Assembly (NCBI GenBank): GCA_964106915.2
Contig: OZ066919.1
Direction: 5' to 3' (one strand)
Origin: Podarcis gaigeae
Lineage: Eukaryota
DNA length: 64,000 bases
Under the pieces are notes generated by a model that did not search any database, was not told the origin of the DNA, and worked only from the letters and a program-made list of their open reading frames with translations. A program made the translations under genes and the position numbers. Shown piece after piece: positions 52,326-64,000 of the stretch (position 1 is its first letter; every line of letters starts with the position of its first letter).

Positions 52326-53870
52326 ATTTGACCAAACTCTACCTTTTCTGGACAAGGATAGGCTGGCTACAGTTCTGCTCTCATATATAACTTCCAAGCG
52401 CTAAATTCTGTGAAAATGTGTGCAAGTGCAGAATTTTAGAAGTTTTCATGTGAATTATAGCAAGCATTGGGATCTCTGGCCATTGGCTATGTTTGCTGGG
52501 GCTGATGGAAGATGTAGTTCAACAACATCTGGAGAGCCCAAGGTTCCCCCACATCTGAACTATAGCAATATTTGGTGATCATCATTCCAAGCAAAATAGT
52601 TACATCCAAGTCTATTTAAGGGACTTGAAGAGAAGTCAAACAGATGACTGTATCAATTTTGTATTTTTATCAGAACTCTTTGCTGGAACTCATAATCATC
52701 CTTTCCACCATGTAAATATTCTGAATTTGCCCTCCATTCAAAGAGGAGACTTCAGGATATACAGTCTTGCAGTGTATTCCCAAGGCAGGCCAACAAGAGC
52801 TGCTGTTGTAGTATTAGGTCCTACAGAACTTCCCCTCCTGCTAAACTTTCAACAGCTAAAGGGTTAACTTTAAGTTAACACCATGGAAAAGGTTTCAAGT
52901 CCTTAAAGTGCAGGCCAATCCATAACCTTGTTCCTTGCTTTCCTCCTGAATCAACCCAATCCTATTTGACAGGAGGAATCTGTGAGAGTTAATGAAGCAG
53001 CGAAAGGCTAGGAGGATCTCAGAACAAAACTTCATCACAGCCAATCATGGAACAGATTATCCTTCGCCTGACTGCATTATGATGACATCACCCCATCGCC
53101 TCACTGCAAGCAGATCAGTCACCCATCCCTGTTATTTCCATTTCTAGGCAGTCCCTGGCTGGATTATTCATCGGCTATCTTTTTAATCTTGACTCTGGTT
53201 GAAATGAACATCTGAAATGTCTTTAGAAGTGTCACTCATCATAGAGATCAGGTCTCTCAAAAAGGTGTGACTTCATCCCTTTTGTAAAGGTCCAAAGCAT
53301 CTGGAAACAAAATTCAGACTGGCATGTTCACATGGGTCATTGCCTGCTAATCCAGAATGATTTTCTCATGATGGTCAAGGGGAACTGCTACAGAAAATAT
53401 GAATGGGTAGCAGATGCAAACACCCCTGCTCGTTTTAGATCTGTTTTTGCTGAGCTGTGTTTCGTTTTAAAGAAGGGCTTTGTGTTGACCAAGACAGGCA
53501 ACAACTTCTTCCTCCAAAAGTGGAAGAACCACCTCAACATTCACATATTGGTTTTACATTACGGCAACATGAAACATCCTGCAAAAAGATTGTTTTCTAT
53601 AGTGTTTTAGGGTTTGTTAACTTGTGATCATTTGCCTCATCATTGCAGGTTATACACTCAATCTGGTCTTCACTACAGAGTGGGCTGGGAGCCCTTCAAA
53701 AGGTGGGAATGGCTCTGTTGTTAAGGGCAGGTGGGCTGTTCATGGACAGCACCTGGTTAAGTTTGGATTGGCTCTGGTTGAGTCCCCTGCTATTGTAGGA
53801 GACCCATTAAGATAGTCCACCCTTGGAGACATATGGAACTCAAGCTCCGGTGCCGCGAGTTCGATCCCCG

Positions 53871-54303
53871 ATGGCGGCGTCCGCCTTCCCGCGCGCCCTC
53901 TTCCCGGGCTACTTCCAGGCGGGGCCGCCCAGCCGCCGGCGCAGCGCCTCCCGGGCCAGCCCGCTGGTGGCCGGATGGGGCTGCTACGGGCAGGTGCTGC
54001 CCGACCCCGCGGCGCCCGGGCAGGTGAGGGGGAGGGGCCGAGGATAGGTGGGGCAGAGGGGGGCCAGGTGAGGGGCCGGGGCCCAGGACAGGGATGGGGG
54101 AGGGGCGGGCACCCTGCCTTCCCTCTGGCTGCCTGGCTGCCGCCGGGGGTGGGCAGTGGGGACCCACCTCTCGCCACCAACGGCACCCCTCTTTGCCCCG
54201 CAGGACCCGCCGCGCTTCGTCCCCTGCCGCCTCCCGAAGGCCGTCGGAGAGAGATGGACGCCCAGCGAAGCCGCCCCACTGCCCCTGACGCCGCCCAAGG
54301 CCA
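53871..54303 (+). pseudogene. Captured 5' gene fragment: exon 1 CDS 53871-54023, intron 54024-54203, exon 2 54204-54303 (MAASAFPRALFPGYFQAG...PAAPGQ|DPPRFVPCRLPK...LTPPKA); parent gene not recognised
   Basis: ATGGCGGCG start in a CpG island, 51 open codons, donor CAG|gtgagg, G-rich 180-nt intron, acceptor ctctttgccccgcag|, frame stays open across the phase-0 junction, second donor CCA|gtgagc. Confidence 0.7.
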
Positions 54304-54339
54304 GTGAGCGCCCCTCGGGCAGGAGAACGCGGGAGCCCG

Positions 54340-54454
54340 TCGGGGTGCCGACCTGAATCATATACGGGGGTGGGCAGGTGAACAGATCACACGCCATGGT
54401 GCACGCAGGTCATTTCAGTGGCAACCCCCTGGCCCCTCGGAGTTGGCACCTATG
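54340..54454. mobile_element. hAT MITE (same family as 4754-4929) forming the right end of the composite insertion
   Basis: 'ggggtgccgacctgaat...gatcaca...catttcagtggcaa...ccctcggagttggcacctatg' vs 'ggggtgccaacttgagt...gatcaca...catttgaatggcaa...ccctaggagttggcttctatg'. Confidence 0.8.
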
Positions 54455-57400
54455 TACTCAAGGGATTCCTGAGTACTCTGGGAGATGTTATGGCTGTCTT
54501 GGTTGTCACTCCTGTCAATGCCCTTGTCTTGCTGTGGAACAGTGAGATGTGTAGTGCTATCAACACAATGATCCAGAAGACTCCTTGGCTTAAAGACATA
54601 ATTGTGCCTGCCATGTGGCAGTGGCAGCAGTCAGTGGTTGCTGAGTGGTGAATGGGCTGTTGAGATATAGCCCTGGAGAGGAAAAGCAGGTTACATTAAT
54701 TCTGGAGATAGATACAGCTAATTGCACCACAATGGTGCACCACAATGGATATGTGAAACATTTTGAAGGTAAAGTTGCTCCCATCTTTCCATACTGGATG
54801 CCACAATTGTAGTGTTTAGAGCACCACCTGAAATAGTTTACGGGAACAGTTTTGGTTATTGTGGCCTGAGGGTAGTTGCAGTGGTTAGGCTGACCATCTG
54901 TTCTCTTGATGGTCACCCATCTTGGCTTGTGACATATAGCAGGAAGCGATTCACTAGATACGTCCAGGGAGTAGCATGTGGCTCATTATGGGAGGGAGTG
55001 ATCCCCATTGCTTTCAAAGAAGTGTTGGTGTGGTACCTCCTGAAGAACCTACCTTTTCTGTGCCAACCATAACACAGCTGTGCATCCCAGAGACACGAGC
55101 TAAGAGCTGATTCATTTATGTATGTACGTTACTAGATGACTGTTCCCATTGATAACTTGCAGCTGAATATATGAATGGCTTCCATTGAAAAATATCATCT
55201 TTGAGGTGTTATGAAAGTTCTGTGGTAACTGATCTGTGATGGCTGTTTCATACATAGAAGGCATGACTATCTTATATTCACTGAACAATGAGGATGCATG
55301 TCTGAATTAACTCTTAGAACTGAAATTTTGAGGATGAGTGGCTTACATATGAAGGAATACCTTATGCAAATTTAATAACAAATGGGATGTGCTTTCTGGA
55401 TTGCTCTGAGTACTAAAGGGGTGGGGAACATTTTTCAGCCTGAAGGCAACATTCCCTTCCAGAAAACCATTTTTTTTTGTGGGGGGAGCACAAAACCATG
55501 GTGGGTGGGGCCAGCAGTAAAATAAAGCAGAGAAACTGATGTTAGTTTTATCTTTGTACGGTAGGCTTGTTTCTACACAAACACCATTTTCCCAGGCAAG
55601 CAAGAAGAATGAGCAGAGCTCAAGGACACATTCTAACTCAAGTTACGTGCAAACAGGGCCAGTCAGGGGTGTAGCTGAGGAAGGTGACTTGGGAGACTCC
55701 CGAGGGCCAAATGTGGAGGTGTGGAGGGCTGTTTTGGGTCTCTGGGCCATGGGTTTCCCACCCCATGAGCTACATCAATATTGCCCCCAAACCAGCATGT
55801 TGTGAAATTATCATTTGACTCCTTGATGCCATCCCATCCTCCCACCTATCTTGGTTATTAACTTCCTACTTGCATATTAGAAGTATTAATTTGATCTAAT
55901 GATTTGTGATGCATATTGTGAATTAAAGTGGTAAGTTAGTTGAAGTCTCAAAATTAACAGAACATATTTGACACAACAACAGCACGCAGCAAAGTTTATC
56001 AAAGTTCTGAAGAAAATATGCAATTTAGGTATAAATTTGTTAGAGTTTTTCTCTGTCATCATCAGCAATTGTTGCTTGCTGATGTCTGTTTTTGTGCAGA
56101 TATGTATTTGTCATAAATACACCAAACACAGAAACTCAAAATAGTTTTGCAGAAACCATTTCAGCAGCATAGCTTTTCTTGTTTCTACACGACAAGCTAT
56201 TGTTGCAAAATCTCCTGTTTCTACAATACTCTTAAAAGGTACAGGGGTCCTTCCCTCCTTTGCATCTTGTCACCCAACTTTAAATTACTACTAGGAGAGC
56301 CTAGCATTTCCAGCTCCTGTCTTGCTTAATGTCCTACTTTGACTCCCCAAGAGGCTCTTTCGGCATAGTGCCTGCCCATGTGACGCACACCTCTCAGGGA
56401 TTAAGCCCCTTTCCCAAACCTGCATGTGCCTTCGTTGCAACAAACCAAACCCTACTTGTCTAGTTGTGGACAGAGGGGAGGATACCAACCACTTCATAGC
56501 CCTTAATCAGCTGAGCTGGTCACAACAGCAAATGTCCTTGCGGAGCTTGGGGAGCTGAATAATGAGAGTTCCTTCCAAAGGGGAAATTAATCAATTTGCT
56601 TGAGGTCATACTTTGAGGCTGGTGGCAGAGGGGAGTCTAAACGCTACTCTTCCCCATCTACACTCCATATCCAATGATTTGCTTCTAAGCTTTAGAAGCC
56701 TGAGCCTCACCCTGAAGAGCTGGTCTATCACTTCCATTTGTTATTGCAGTGACTGCCTTATTCCATCTGATCTAATGGTTTATCTATTTGGAGGCAGCAA
56801 TAATTCTGTTGGAAGTTTCTGCACCCTCCCTGAAGAATTTTCCCAAAGGGGGCCACATGCAAAAAAACCCATGATAGCCAACATTTGAAAATAGGCCCAT
56901 TGCTTATTGGGGGGGGGGTAGGGGGGACAAAGGGCAGAGCTCCTGTGCCTTTAACTGCTGCAAAACTGTGTGCACTAGGAAAAACATGAGGGGTTGGATT
57001 TCACAATCCTTTGTCCTTACTTAAAGTAAAAGCAATATTCCAACATTCCATCATAGTGCATTATTAAGTATATATTAACAGTAAAAGCATTTAGGGATGA
57101 ACAGCAGGTTTACGATTCTAGTAAGTATTGCCTTAAGGTTATGTTTTCAGGAATTGGCTTTACAGTTAGTTCCTTGTTGAAATCTATTTTTAAGCTGTTT
57201 AGTCTGTCTTGGTTATTTTAACTTGCATGGGAGCAGAATTGTGCCTGGACTCTTGGTTGCACCAGACAATTCAGCTCTTGGCAAAACTGAGACTGGAATC
57301 TTAAGAACATTTAGTCTTGATAAAATGTTACTGAACTGAATTGAGCTTAATAAGCATAATTTGGATTGGGCTGCCATTTTACGTCAAGCTACCCTGGACA

Positions 57401-58309
57401 GAAGATGACTTTGCAAGGAGTTTTGATTTGTCCCAATAATTCATCTCTTGCAAAGCTTACCTTAATTGCTCATACTTTGTTCAGGAAATTCGATGAACAA
57501 ATACACATTTTGCAGAAGAAAAAATGAATGAGGAGAAAATATTAAAGTGCAATAAGATGGTAAGCCAGCATTAACAGAAAGAGAGAGATTTTCTCCATCT
57601 GGAATATGAAGCTAGTTTTCCATTAAGCAACCTTTAGGTATCATTTTAGGTGGCAGATTCCAGATGTGGCTCCACTTTCCTTCTTGCAACCTGGCCCTTT
57701 GCATGTTATTTAAAATGGAAGTCAATTCTGTGTTTGGGAAGTCAATTCTGTGTTTTGATGTTCTGTTTCTTATGTGAAAATATCCTAGGCTAACACTATG
57801 CAGAGAGATACACGTGCCATTCATCAGAAAACTGGAGAAGGAGCACAGGGTTGGTGAGGCATGTTACTAGCCCAGGAGACATTCTGGACACCATCCCAGG
57901 TTTAAGGAATGAAGTTGCATGGAGGAACCATTCCACAGCCCTATCCAAACAAACCAACTTAAGGAAGAGGACAGGGATGGCCCACAATCTGACACAATCC
58001 CTGTGGCTTTCCCGTCTTACCTCAATTTTCATGCTATATTGGTGAGATGGATTATCAAATACTGAGCAACCTTGTTCTCTCTACATCTGAAAATTAGGCT
58101 TCTTTTTAGAATAAACGTTTAAAGAAAATAGTTTGACAATGAGTTATCAGTAGTTTTACTTAGAAACTCAAATAATTGCCACATTAACCTATCACATAGC
58201 ATAGTCAAGTATTCTGAGCCCCCAAAACCAGCCACTCTCTCACACTATGAAGCAGTTATGTCTTTGATGTGTGACTTTCCCACTCTTACTCAGGATAGTT
58301 TTGTATGTA

Positions 58310-58551
58310 CAGTGGTACCTCGGGTTACATACGCTTCAGGTTACATACGCTTCAGGTTACACACTCCACTAACCCAGAAATAGTGCTTCAGGTTAAGAAC
58401 TTTGCTTCAGGATAAGAACAGAAATCGGGCTCCGGTGGTGCGGCAGCAGCAGGAGGCCCCATTAGCTAAAGTAGTGCTTCAGGTTAAGAACAGTTTCAGG
58501 TTAAGAACAAGCCTCCGGAACAAATTAAGTACTTAATGCGAGGTACCACTG
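58310..58551 (+). mobile_element. Tc1/mariner-type MITE
   Basis: TA-cagtggtacctcg...cgaggtaccactg-TA. Confidence 0.9.
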
Positions 58552-59316
58552 TACACTTATTGTGTATATATTTTTTTGTATGTGTGATGTTCAACACATC
58601 CAGACAAATGTATATTTCAAGTAAATATACATTGTGATTTCTAATAGTGCACGAGACAGTAAAAGAGGAACTTTCAGGCTGCCCTGCTTGACTAAAAAAA
58701 AAAGAGTATTCTGAAACAGAACTTGCTCCAATATATGACCTTTTTAAACTTGGGATTTCTTGTATTTCACACAGTATGAATGACCTCAACATGAATACTA
58801 TAGGATCCATCTTAGTAAAGATAGCTAACTGGAACACTCTTCAAAAATATGGCCATGCTGCTTTGATATGCCAGCATCTGCCTCCCTGAAAGGCTAAATT
58901 ACAAGATTCTAATGATCCAGAGTCATTTAATTAGCAAGCGGGAAAACTATCCAGCCCTCCATTAAAAGCCTGGCTGTGCATCTCTGAGATACTACTGTGC
59001 TCCCAGAAGGTTCTTGGGTTCTTCTGCAGTTGCCAACGTGCTTCCTTTATATTGTGGGGTTCTCCAAGAAGCATTAAGGATTAGTGTGGGAATTAGTGTG
59101 ACTTTGTTAAGAAGAGATTGCATAAAAAGCAATCACCTCCTTGCTCTTAAAGGAAGAGAGGGAGGGAGGAAGGGAGGAAGAGCATCCTCGCAGAATGGCT
59201 TTGTTCATTCAGTTGAACTTGTCACTTCTTTTGTCTGACATATTAACTCCAAGGACTTAGCTAGATTGGTAAAGAAAAAGTGTTTTATATGCGTTGTATA
59301 CGTATGAAAGCACTGT

Positions 59317-59334
59317 AACACCAGATGGCGCTGT
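59317..59334 (+). promoter_or_regulatory. CTCF motif match
   Basis: AACACCAGATGGCGCTGT is close to the CTCF core consensus CCACCAG(A/G)(G/T)GGCGC, with the CpG retained. Confidence 0.55.
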
Positions 59335-59367
59335 GAAGTTCCGGTTTTGCCAACACGATTTCTCATA

Positions 59368-59573
59368 CAGTCATACCACTTGTTACGTCAGTCTCTGGCT
59401 GTGTTTTTTCAGGATATGAACGAGGCCCTTTCACCACGTTTCGCCGTGTGTGCATGTGCAGAAGTGCTCTATCGTGCCGCATGCATGCACAGAAGCGGCA
59501 CTCTAGTTGCGGACTTTTCAGGGTGTGAACAACACCCCAGAACGGATTGAGTAGGTAACTAGATATGCCACTG
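59368..59573. mobile_element. Diverged Tc1/mariner-type MITE (related family)
   Basis: TA-cagtcatacc...atgccactg-TA termini. Confidence 0.6.
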
Positions 59574-62500
59574 TATAAAGTTTACCATGTGTTTTCCAGA
59601 AGCACTTCTTTGATGTGTCTAGATCTAGCCCAAGTCTCAACCACAGTCTGTCTGTATGGCACTTTTCCATGGGTTGGAAGTTACTATTCACATCCAAACT
59701 ACACTATCATGAGCTGAGATGTGTTCCTCTACCATGACAGACAAAGGTTGACCCAATGAAGGCCCCATTGCTTGTATGAGCCAATGTGAGCTTTCTGCAT
59801 GCGGTTCCCATGTGCCATATGGTAAGACCTTTGGTTTGGTACTGTCAAGCCAGGAGGGCATGAGTGAGGATGGCTCCTGAGATGGTTGCCTCAGGCAGTC
59901 TGATTTGGGGTGTGATGAAAGGGCAGCTAACAGTTAGTTATTTCAATTTATTTTTATTTTAGTTTTCCTGCCAGAAAGGAGAGGTGAGGCACTTGTGGGA
60001 TTTTCTGCCTCAGGTGCCAAGATAACTTGGCTGACCTTGGGAACTATGCATGCTGACTTTTTCGTTGGTGGCAGGGAGGCTCCATTTGTTGCTCCGCCTC
60101 AGGCGGAAAAACGTCTTGGGCTGGCCCAGAAATGGAAGAGCTGCATGTACAGGCATATCCTTGGATTGTCCTCAGCTGAGCTCCCAGTTGAAAAGAAAAA
60201 CACCATGGCAGATGAGACAGAAATTATTTATGACACCCAATCTGTGGGTGGCTGTGCAAGTACCTAGGTATGATAGGTGTTTCTGTGGTGTTCCAAGGGC
60301 ACCCATAGCTCATGTCCTAGCCTTGTGATGCAACTTTTGCCCCCTGATAATGGAAGCTGAGACTATACAAACCAAAGGGAGTGTTTTATGTTGAAGTCTC
60401 AGGAAGAAAAATATTGAACTCAGTTCTAGCCCACTTGCTTCAGAAACAAATGTATATTCTCTAAAGAATAGGTACGTATATGCTCTATAGAACTGCACGC
60501 TTCTGTCTGTAGTTCCACTCACTTCAAACGTGCTTTAGCTGGAAACCTATTTTCAAAGCTAAATAGGAATGACCAACACTCTACAATAGATTCCTAGCAA
60601 ACATGTTTGGATTTTGCCATAGCTCTTAGATGCCCTACGGAATCATTTTACTGGAATGTCTATAAAGTCAGGAGTATAAACATAAATAACAAGAAAATTT
60701 AGGGAAGTCTGTTAGGACAAATGTAAGAGGGTCCATGAAACAGGCTTCCCCATGAGAGAAATGGGGGGAAAGCTGCGGCAACTTTCTTTCGGGACTCTGA
60801 TTTGCACAAGTGTTTACAGATACAAGGCATTTGCAGGCATCAGCTATCATTTACAGAATCTAGATTCTTATGCCCCTCAAAATCTTGAGAATATTTACTT
60901 TAATTTTAAAGCAAACAAGGTTTCTAATGTAGCTTCCCAGTGGCTAGCCTCTCCTTCCTTTACTTATTTCTATATCCTTCCACATGAGCCTGCCTTCAAA
61001 AAAGAATTTACCCACTAGGGTTCCAAGTCCAGCATCTTATGCAAAATTACATAGAGTTATACATAATTTAATCAAATTTATGGATGCAGAATATGAGTGG
61101 TGGTTAGTGGAGGATTCTGGAGCCAATGATCAGGCTGTCTCTTTGCTATGCACAACTCTCATGCATTCAAATCCCTTAATGCAAGACCGGGAGCCTGAGC
61201 AGGCAGCAAGGCGCTCTTGGCTTGTGCTAAAATCACTTCCTATTTAAAATGATCAGTTTAAAAAGACAAATATAGAAACATCCCGCAGCGTGGGAGCTCC
61301 TTTCCCTCAGTGTGCAGCTGCCTTTACATGCTTGCTGGGATCTCATTCCTATTTGCTTGCAGTAAAGGAGAGAATTTATAGGCAGGCGATTCTGCTTTTA
61401 AACTGTTCCTGGCAGCACTGCGTTCTTTTATCGTCTGTAAATACTTCTGATTTCCTTATGGAAACGCACCCCAGAGAGACCATGACGAGGTCCCTTGCTT
61501 TAGCACTGGCTCCTGCCCAGCCTTGTGTGACTGGCCTTGCACTCTGGTACATACATCTGAGTCACTGTCCTTTTCCAGGGCTGCAGTAGAAGATTTTCAA
61601 CTTCATCAGGGTCAGAACGGTGGAGGGATTTCCTGCACCCACATAACTTAATCAGGAGGGGTACTCTTGGGGAAAATAAGTTATATATCCCCCCCCATAT
61701 CAACATCTCCTCAATGTCCGGAAATGTTAAGGAAGTCTCTTTTGATACACTCAGCAGTTCTAAGAATCCAGGCCATTAGCAACAGTTCATGTCTTAAGCA
61801 TGCTGCCTTTAAGACTCCCTGACCTTGGTTAAACAGGAAGGCCTCTGCCGTGAGAGATATGGGACCTAATTCAGCTAAAGCTATGACTAGCTTAAATTCC
61901 ATTGCCTCCAGCAATACTAAGTCATGACAATGCCCGGATCAGGACCATGATTTTTAACTCAGGATATGCCACTCACTTCTTTCTATGCCCATGCTGACTT
62001 TTTCCTGATCTAGGGAAAAGAAGACTTTTGTCCTCCAGAATGATGAAGACATTGAATGTCCAAACAGTCATATTGGACAGCAGACATGTTTTGTTATTCA
62101 GCTAGTAGTAGCTAGTTAGTGTTCATTTATGAAAGTTCAATGTTTCTCACACATTGTGGGCTATACAGAATGTAGATGATAGAGAGTAACCGGGTCAGTT
62201 TTGATCACTTTTTCTGCAGAACACCACTGGAAAAATCAATTGGCCACAATCCCTTGCACACACTATGCATAAGTTGCGTAGAGCGGAAGCAAATTCATGT
62301 AGCGCTCTGATCAAACTTTCAGGTCCTCTCCATCCTCTGTCTATATCCAACTCTCCCTACCCCCCTTGCACCCTCCCCAAATCTGCTCCAGAGGGTTGGG
62401 GGGAAGCCCAGAGCAAATTTAGGGGGCACATGGGGCAGAAAAAGGGAAGAAAGTCCCATTGCACAAGTGGAAATCCTTATGCTGATTGCAGGGCTGGCCC

Positions 62501-64000
62501 ACCCATAAGGCACAGTGAGATGACTGCCTCAGGCGGCAGGATTCACTGTGACACCATATCCTAATGCTGTTCTTTCCTCCACCCTAGTTCCTGATGTAGA
62601 CCCTCCCTCACTCTTTCTTCCCTGGAGGGGAGGCAGATGCCATTTTGGGCAGTGACTTATAGGGCACTTACAGCTGCATTGGATACAAGCCATGAATTCC
62701 AAATCTGACCTCAAGTTTCATTTCTGAAATTTGACTGTTGCATGCCAAGAAAGAGAAAAATATCCAAATTTTGGTTTCTGAAACATCACCAGATTTCACT
62801 ATTTGTAAAATGCCATTTCAGCTTTAAGGTGGGTCAGTTCTTAGACAAAGATAGCTTCTCTAGTGATAACTGTGATGTTTTACCTATGTGTAGTGGGCTG
62901 TAAGAGATGACACCGCCATTGTTATCTTTCTTGTCACCACCAGGGACACCTGTGTTAGGTTGCAAACCTGTATTCATGGAGGCTCCCTGTCTATTTTAGA
63001 AACCTGGTTTTTCAGAGTTCAAAAATGTCTAATGTCTAAAATGTTTAATGAAGTACTGGGCACAATCGGTGACCACTCTTCTAATAGTGACAGTGTGGGC
63101 ATGCATGCTTACCCATCGTTTAGAGAAGCTAGCATGTTGGCTTGTTACATGTTTGTGCAGTGCTCTATTAGTACTGGACATGCATGCCATCCGTGTACAA
63201 ACTTTACAGAAATGTCAAAGCAGTGGCAGCAGTGGTTGAAACAGCCAGATGCATACCTGTTCAGTAACATTTTCAGGTCTCCCCACTAGGACCATGACAG
63301 TGCATCCAAAATGTGCAGAATTCCTGCAGAACTTTGATTGCATGGGGACACACAAACACAAGTATTGCAAATGTGGGTCATTCACATGACTATCTGAAGT
63401 CTCAAAATGGATTTGTTGCATTTTTAACTAAAGAAGCTTATGCAACCACTGCTCCTCCAAGCCAGTGTACTGTTAGATGCTGCTTAGGGAATACCCAGAT
63501 TTGGCTGGCAAATATGCCAGCTAATGGAATTAGCTGCTCCTTCTCAGAACAGCCCTCATTCTGCATGGGAACAGCAGCAGAAAGATACACTCTTGCTTAC
63601 AGAAGGGCTCATTTATCCTGACTGGCAGCCCCTGGGATTAGATGCATGTCATCATTGGCGGGATGAAAATAACTCCAGCCCCATAATGCCTGGAGTCAAA
63701 CAGAAATAGTTACAATAAAAATAAAGTAATATGGACCCTGTTTTGTGTATTGTAATTGAGAAGCCTAGATCTATTAACTCATGAATGCTTGCAACATGTA
63801 ACTAACTGGGTTCCTTAATGGCAAACTAACACTCTACATGGCAAATCAGCCTCTTCCTTTAATTTGGGTAGGTAAAAACGGGTTACCATTCTCAAAACGG
63901 CAACATAAAATCATAGAATTGTAGAGTTGATAGGCACCCCTATCAACTCAAATCTTCAGGTTGCTACTTTAAATTGGGAAGGCTTAAGATGCCTTCTTAT

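Larger units (their letters stand above)
53845..54454 (+). mobile_element. Pack-type / one-ended hAT insertion carrying a host CpG-island gene fragment
   Basis: 8-bp TSD aactcaag (53837-53844) / tactcaag (54455-54462); right end AGTTGGCACCTATG is a hAT MITE TIR; left end CTCCGGTGCC matches 7/10 of that TIR (CATAGGTGCC). Confidence 0.85.
53625..54680 (+). mobile_element. L2 LINE ORF2 fragment split by the 53845-54454 insertion
   Basis: 'AGYTLNLVF...HLVKF' on the left and 'GFLSTLGDV...TPVNALVLLWN' on the right; colinear with the 51895 copy once the insert is removed. Confidence 0.85.

Noticed and set aside
53740-54397. Long overlapping ORFs (179, 137, 125, 110 aa) across the CpG island
   Set aside because: Stop-codon scarcity in very GC-rich DNA explains them; they run through the intron or cross the insertion junctions. 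Only the spliced 53871 frame has splice and start support.
53845-54454. CpG island as the native promoter of a resident gene
   Set aside because: Only 26 bp lie upstream of the ATG before L2 sequence begins, the L2 resumes in register after the block, and I found no downstream coding exons.

Overview
Eukaryotic (vertebrate) genomic DNA from a squamate, probably a lacertid lizard, judged from a full-length Sauria SINE, Squam3-like SINEs, lizard-type L2/CR1/L1/Penelope fragments and CAGTGGTACC MITEs. The window is repeat-rich intronic or intergenic sequence with one 130-N assembly gap. I could not identify any resident protein-coding exon with confidence, and most ORFs in the track look like chance or repeat-derived frames. 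Three structures stand out. (1) A 610-bp CpG-island fragment (53845-54454) carries the apparent first two exons and first intron of a host gene plus a hAT MITE end. It is inserted into an old L2 LINE with an 8-bp target-site duplication, which makes it a Pack-type / one-ended hAT gene-capture event; an in-window L2 paralog shows the empty site. (2) A young palindromic Penelope-like insertion (20319-20605) carries minimal hammerhead ribozyme motifs on both strands. (3) An old ~1.2-kb inverted duplication (about 8435-9665 vs 26390-27580) has a core much better conserved than its flanks. Repeat family names come from pattern recognition, not from a database search. Identities are by-eye estimates.
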